From a virus (Duplodnaviria; Caudoviricetes), in the IMG/VR virus record IMGVR_UViG_3300025723_000013: DNA of 64,000 bases. One strand, 5' to 3'. The notes below the pieces were generated by a model, which ran no database searches, was not told where the DNA came from, and worked only from the letters and a program-made list of their open reading frames with translations. Shown here one piece after another: positions 62,641-64,000 of the stretch; position 1 is the stretch's first letter; each line of letters begins with the position of its first letter. The translations under genes and the position numbers were made by a program.

Positions 62641-62661
62641 ATTATGTATTTATTGCAATCA

Positions 62662-63045
62662 ATGACAACAAAAATCGACTTTCAAAAGAATTTTCCCTTT
62701 ATCACCTGTATCAAATCAAATGATGTAGAATATGTAGGTATCATCATCAATTTAAATAGTCATGTGACCAGTCTCTATGATTTTGGCATTATCAAAACCG
62801 ATACAGAAAAAAGCAAATTCTTAGAATTGGGTGACGTCTGGTGGTGGGAAAGCAATCGCAAAATACCTATCAATATTTTTCTCAAAAAAGACATGATCAT
62901 ATTTAGAAATTATATCAAAACTTTCAATTCCAAGGATGTGGAAATACTTTTTGGACCCGTGGTCAATCTGGATGAGATTTCGGAAAAACGGGTAAAAAGA
63001 AAATCCATACAATTGGTACGCGCTCCAAAAAAATCCAAAGACTAA
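62662..63045 (+). CDS. Conserved hypothetical phage protein
   Basis: FPFITCI...EYVGIIIN...WWWESNRKIPINIFL. Confidence 0.7.
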   Translation: MTTKIDFQKNFPFITCIKSNDVEYVGIIINLNSHVTSLYDFGIIKTDTEKSKFLELGDVWWWESNRKIPINIFLKKDMIIFRNYIKTFNSKDVEILFGPVVNLDEISEKRVKRKSIQLVRAPKKSKD

Positions 63046-63611
63046 TAGTTTTCACAGATAAGATTCATCTGCACAGCCACTAACATCGCATAGCTGATAG
63101 CGTGAGCCTTTTTAAAAGCATAATCTTCGCCCTCAGACTTTGTCCATATCTCGTTCATCACTGTAGTCCAGTCTTTCCCAATCAAATAACGTTTCGCGGG
63201 GCGTATCATCGCTAGGACCGCAGCTAACTGTTCCACGGAAGTTGGGCAAGTCATCCTCAGTACATCCCCATGCCCCCTTAAATGAAATAGTAGATTTACA
63301 AACTCGTCTTGAAGTAAAAGCTCCCATAATGGCTCCTTGTTCATTAATTCAATTAAATGTTGTTCGCTTTTGATATCTTTATAAACACCCACATTTAAAA
63401 AATCCAGCTTGAAATAGCCTCGACTTTCTGCAGTTTTATAATCAATTGCCGCAATATTACTTATTGGGTTTACAGGAATTTTCTGTAGGTATATTCCGGT
63501 ACTGTGTTTTTTATATTCGCCGCGTTCTATGCGCGAAGCTGCGATATGAGGAATCTTTGATAAAATATCTTCTCTATTGGCAAAATCAATGTCAACATCT
63601 GACTGTATCAT
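63042..63611 (-). CDS. Miniature DNA polymerase III alpha (DnaE)-like catalytic core
   Basis: SDVDIDF, KHSTGIY, GYFKLDFL, LFHL, LAMIRPA, YAFKKAHAISY in DnaE order. Confidence 0.8.
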   Translation of the reverse strand: MIQSDVDIDFANREDILSKIPHIAASRIERGEYKKHSTGIYLQKIPVNPISNIAAIDYKTAESRGYFKLDFLNVGVYKDIKSEQHLIELMNKEPLWELLLQDEFVNLLFHLRGHGDVLRMTCPTSVEQLAAVLAMIRPAKRYLIGKDWTTVMNEIWTKSEGEDYAFKKAHAISYAMLVAVQMNLICENY

Positions 63612-64000
63612 TCTATTCCCGCTTCTTTACAAATCTCTTTGACAAGACCAACGTCTGCTGGGGCGTTTTTAAATCGCTTGAGCCAATGAGTAACATCAAA
63701 GGCTGGAGCAATTAATTCCAACTGTTCGTCACTGAAACCTTCTACCATGGCTTTTCCGCTTTTGGAGTTTAGTATCAACCAAGCAGAAATTTTACCGTTT
63801 CTTATATCATGCACTGCACGATTATGATTCACATAATTAAAATAATGATTAAACTGTGCTTGACTTATATCAGCCCATTCCATCATGGTCTGAAGTGATC
63901 TTTGCACCGCAGCCTCAACTGGTTCAGTTTTCAGTGTTTCATAGAGATAAGCTTCGTACAGTGCGTCTCTGCACCAATGATCCAGCTTGACTCCACTTTT
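63608..64000 (-). CDS. Hypothetical protein (5' end beyond window)
   Basis: Frame open from 64000: KSGVKLDHWCRDALYE... Confidence 0.75.
   Translation of the reverse strand, partial: KSGVKLDHWCRDALYEAYLYETLKTEPVEAAVQRSLQTMMEWADISQAQFNHYFNYVNHNRAVHDIRNGKISAWLILNSKSGKAMVEGFSDEQLELIAPAFDVTHWLKRFKNAPADVGLVKEICKEAGIE

Overview
64 kb segment of a large lytic dsDNA tailed phage (T4-like/jumbo-type gene content; standard genetic code; host probably a proteobacterium, weak inference from the IF-1 sequence). Layout: (i) 1-21.9 kb, minus strand: tail-fibre/structural genes with Pro-poor collagen-like GY(T/V)GS repeats; (ii) 22-30.7 kb: HNH nuclease, IF-1, ATP-dependent DNA ligase, Fe/Mn SOD, SleB-type hydrolase, two GT9-like glycosyltransferases, kinase-like and peptidase-like proteins; (iii) 30.7-36.6 kb and 42.2-52.2 kb: plus-strand arrays of small early-type genes, many with their own sigma70 promoter, plus tRNA-Lys(UUU), an AAA ATPase and a Gp88-like gene; (iv) a GC-rich, repeat-dense, low-coding zone (41.4-42.2 and 48.6-53.3 kb) beside a multi-HTH Vsr-like nuclease; (v) 53.4-64 kb: probable virion proteins, nucleotidyltransferase, helicase, primase and a miniature DnaE-like polymerase core. 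Strongest unexplained signals: a ~90-nt intergenic element rebuilding 23S rRNA helix 69-71 sequences in permuted order; two further densely paired candidate ncRNAs; a polar 13-mer (CAAATACCCCGCT) in 8 exact and 3 variant copies; about 13 genes whose T4-type late box sits only 4-8 nt from the ATG (leaderless late mRNAs) in a phage carrying its own IF-1; and a shared N-terminal M-x-x-x-E-[LF]-x-x-E leader on many unrelated proteins. All functional calls are from motif recognition by eye; no database searches or folding programs were run.
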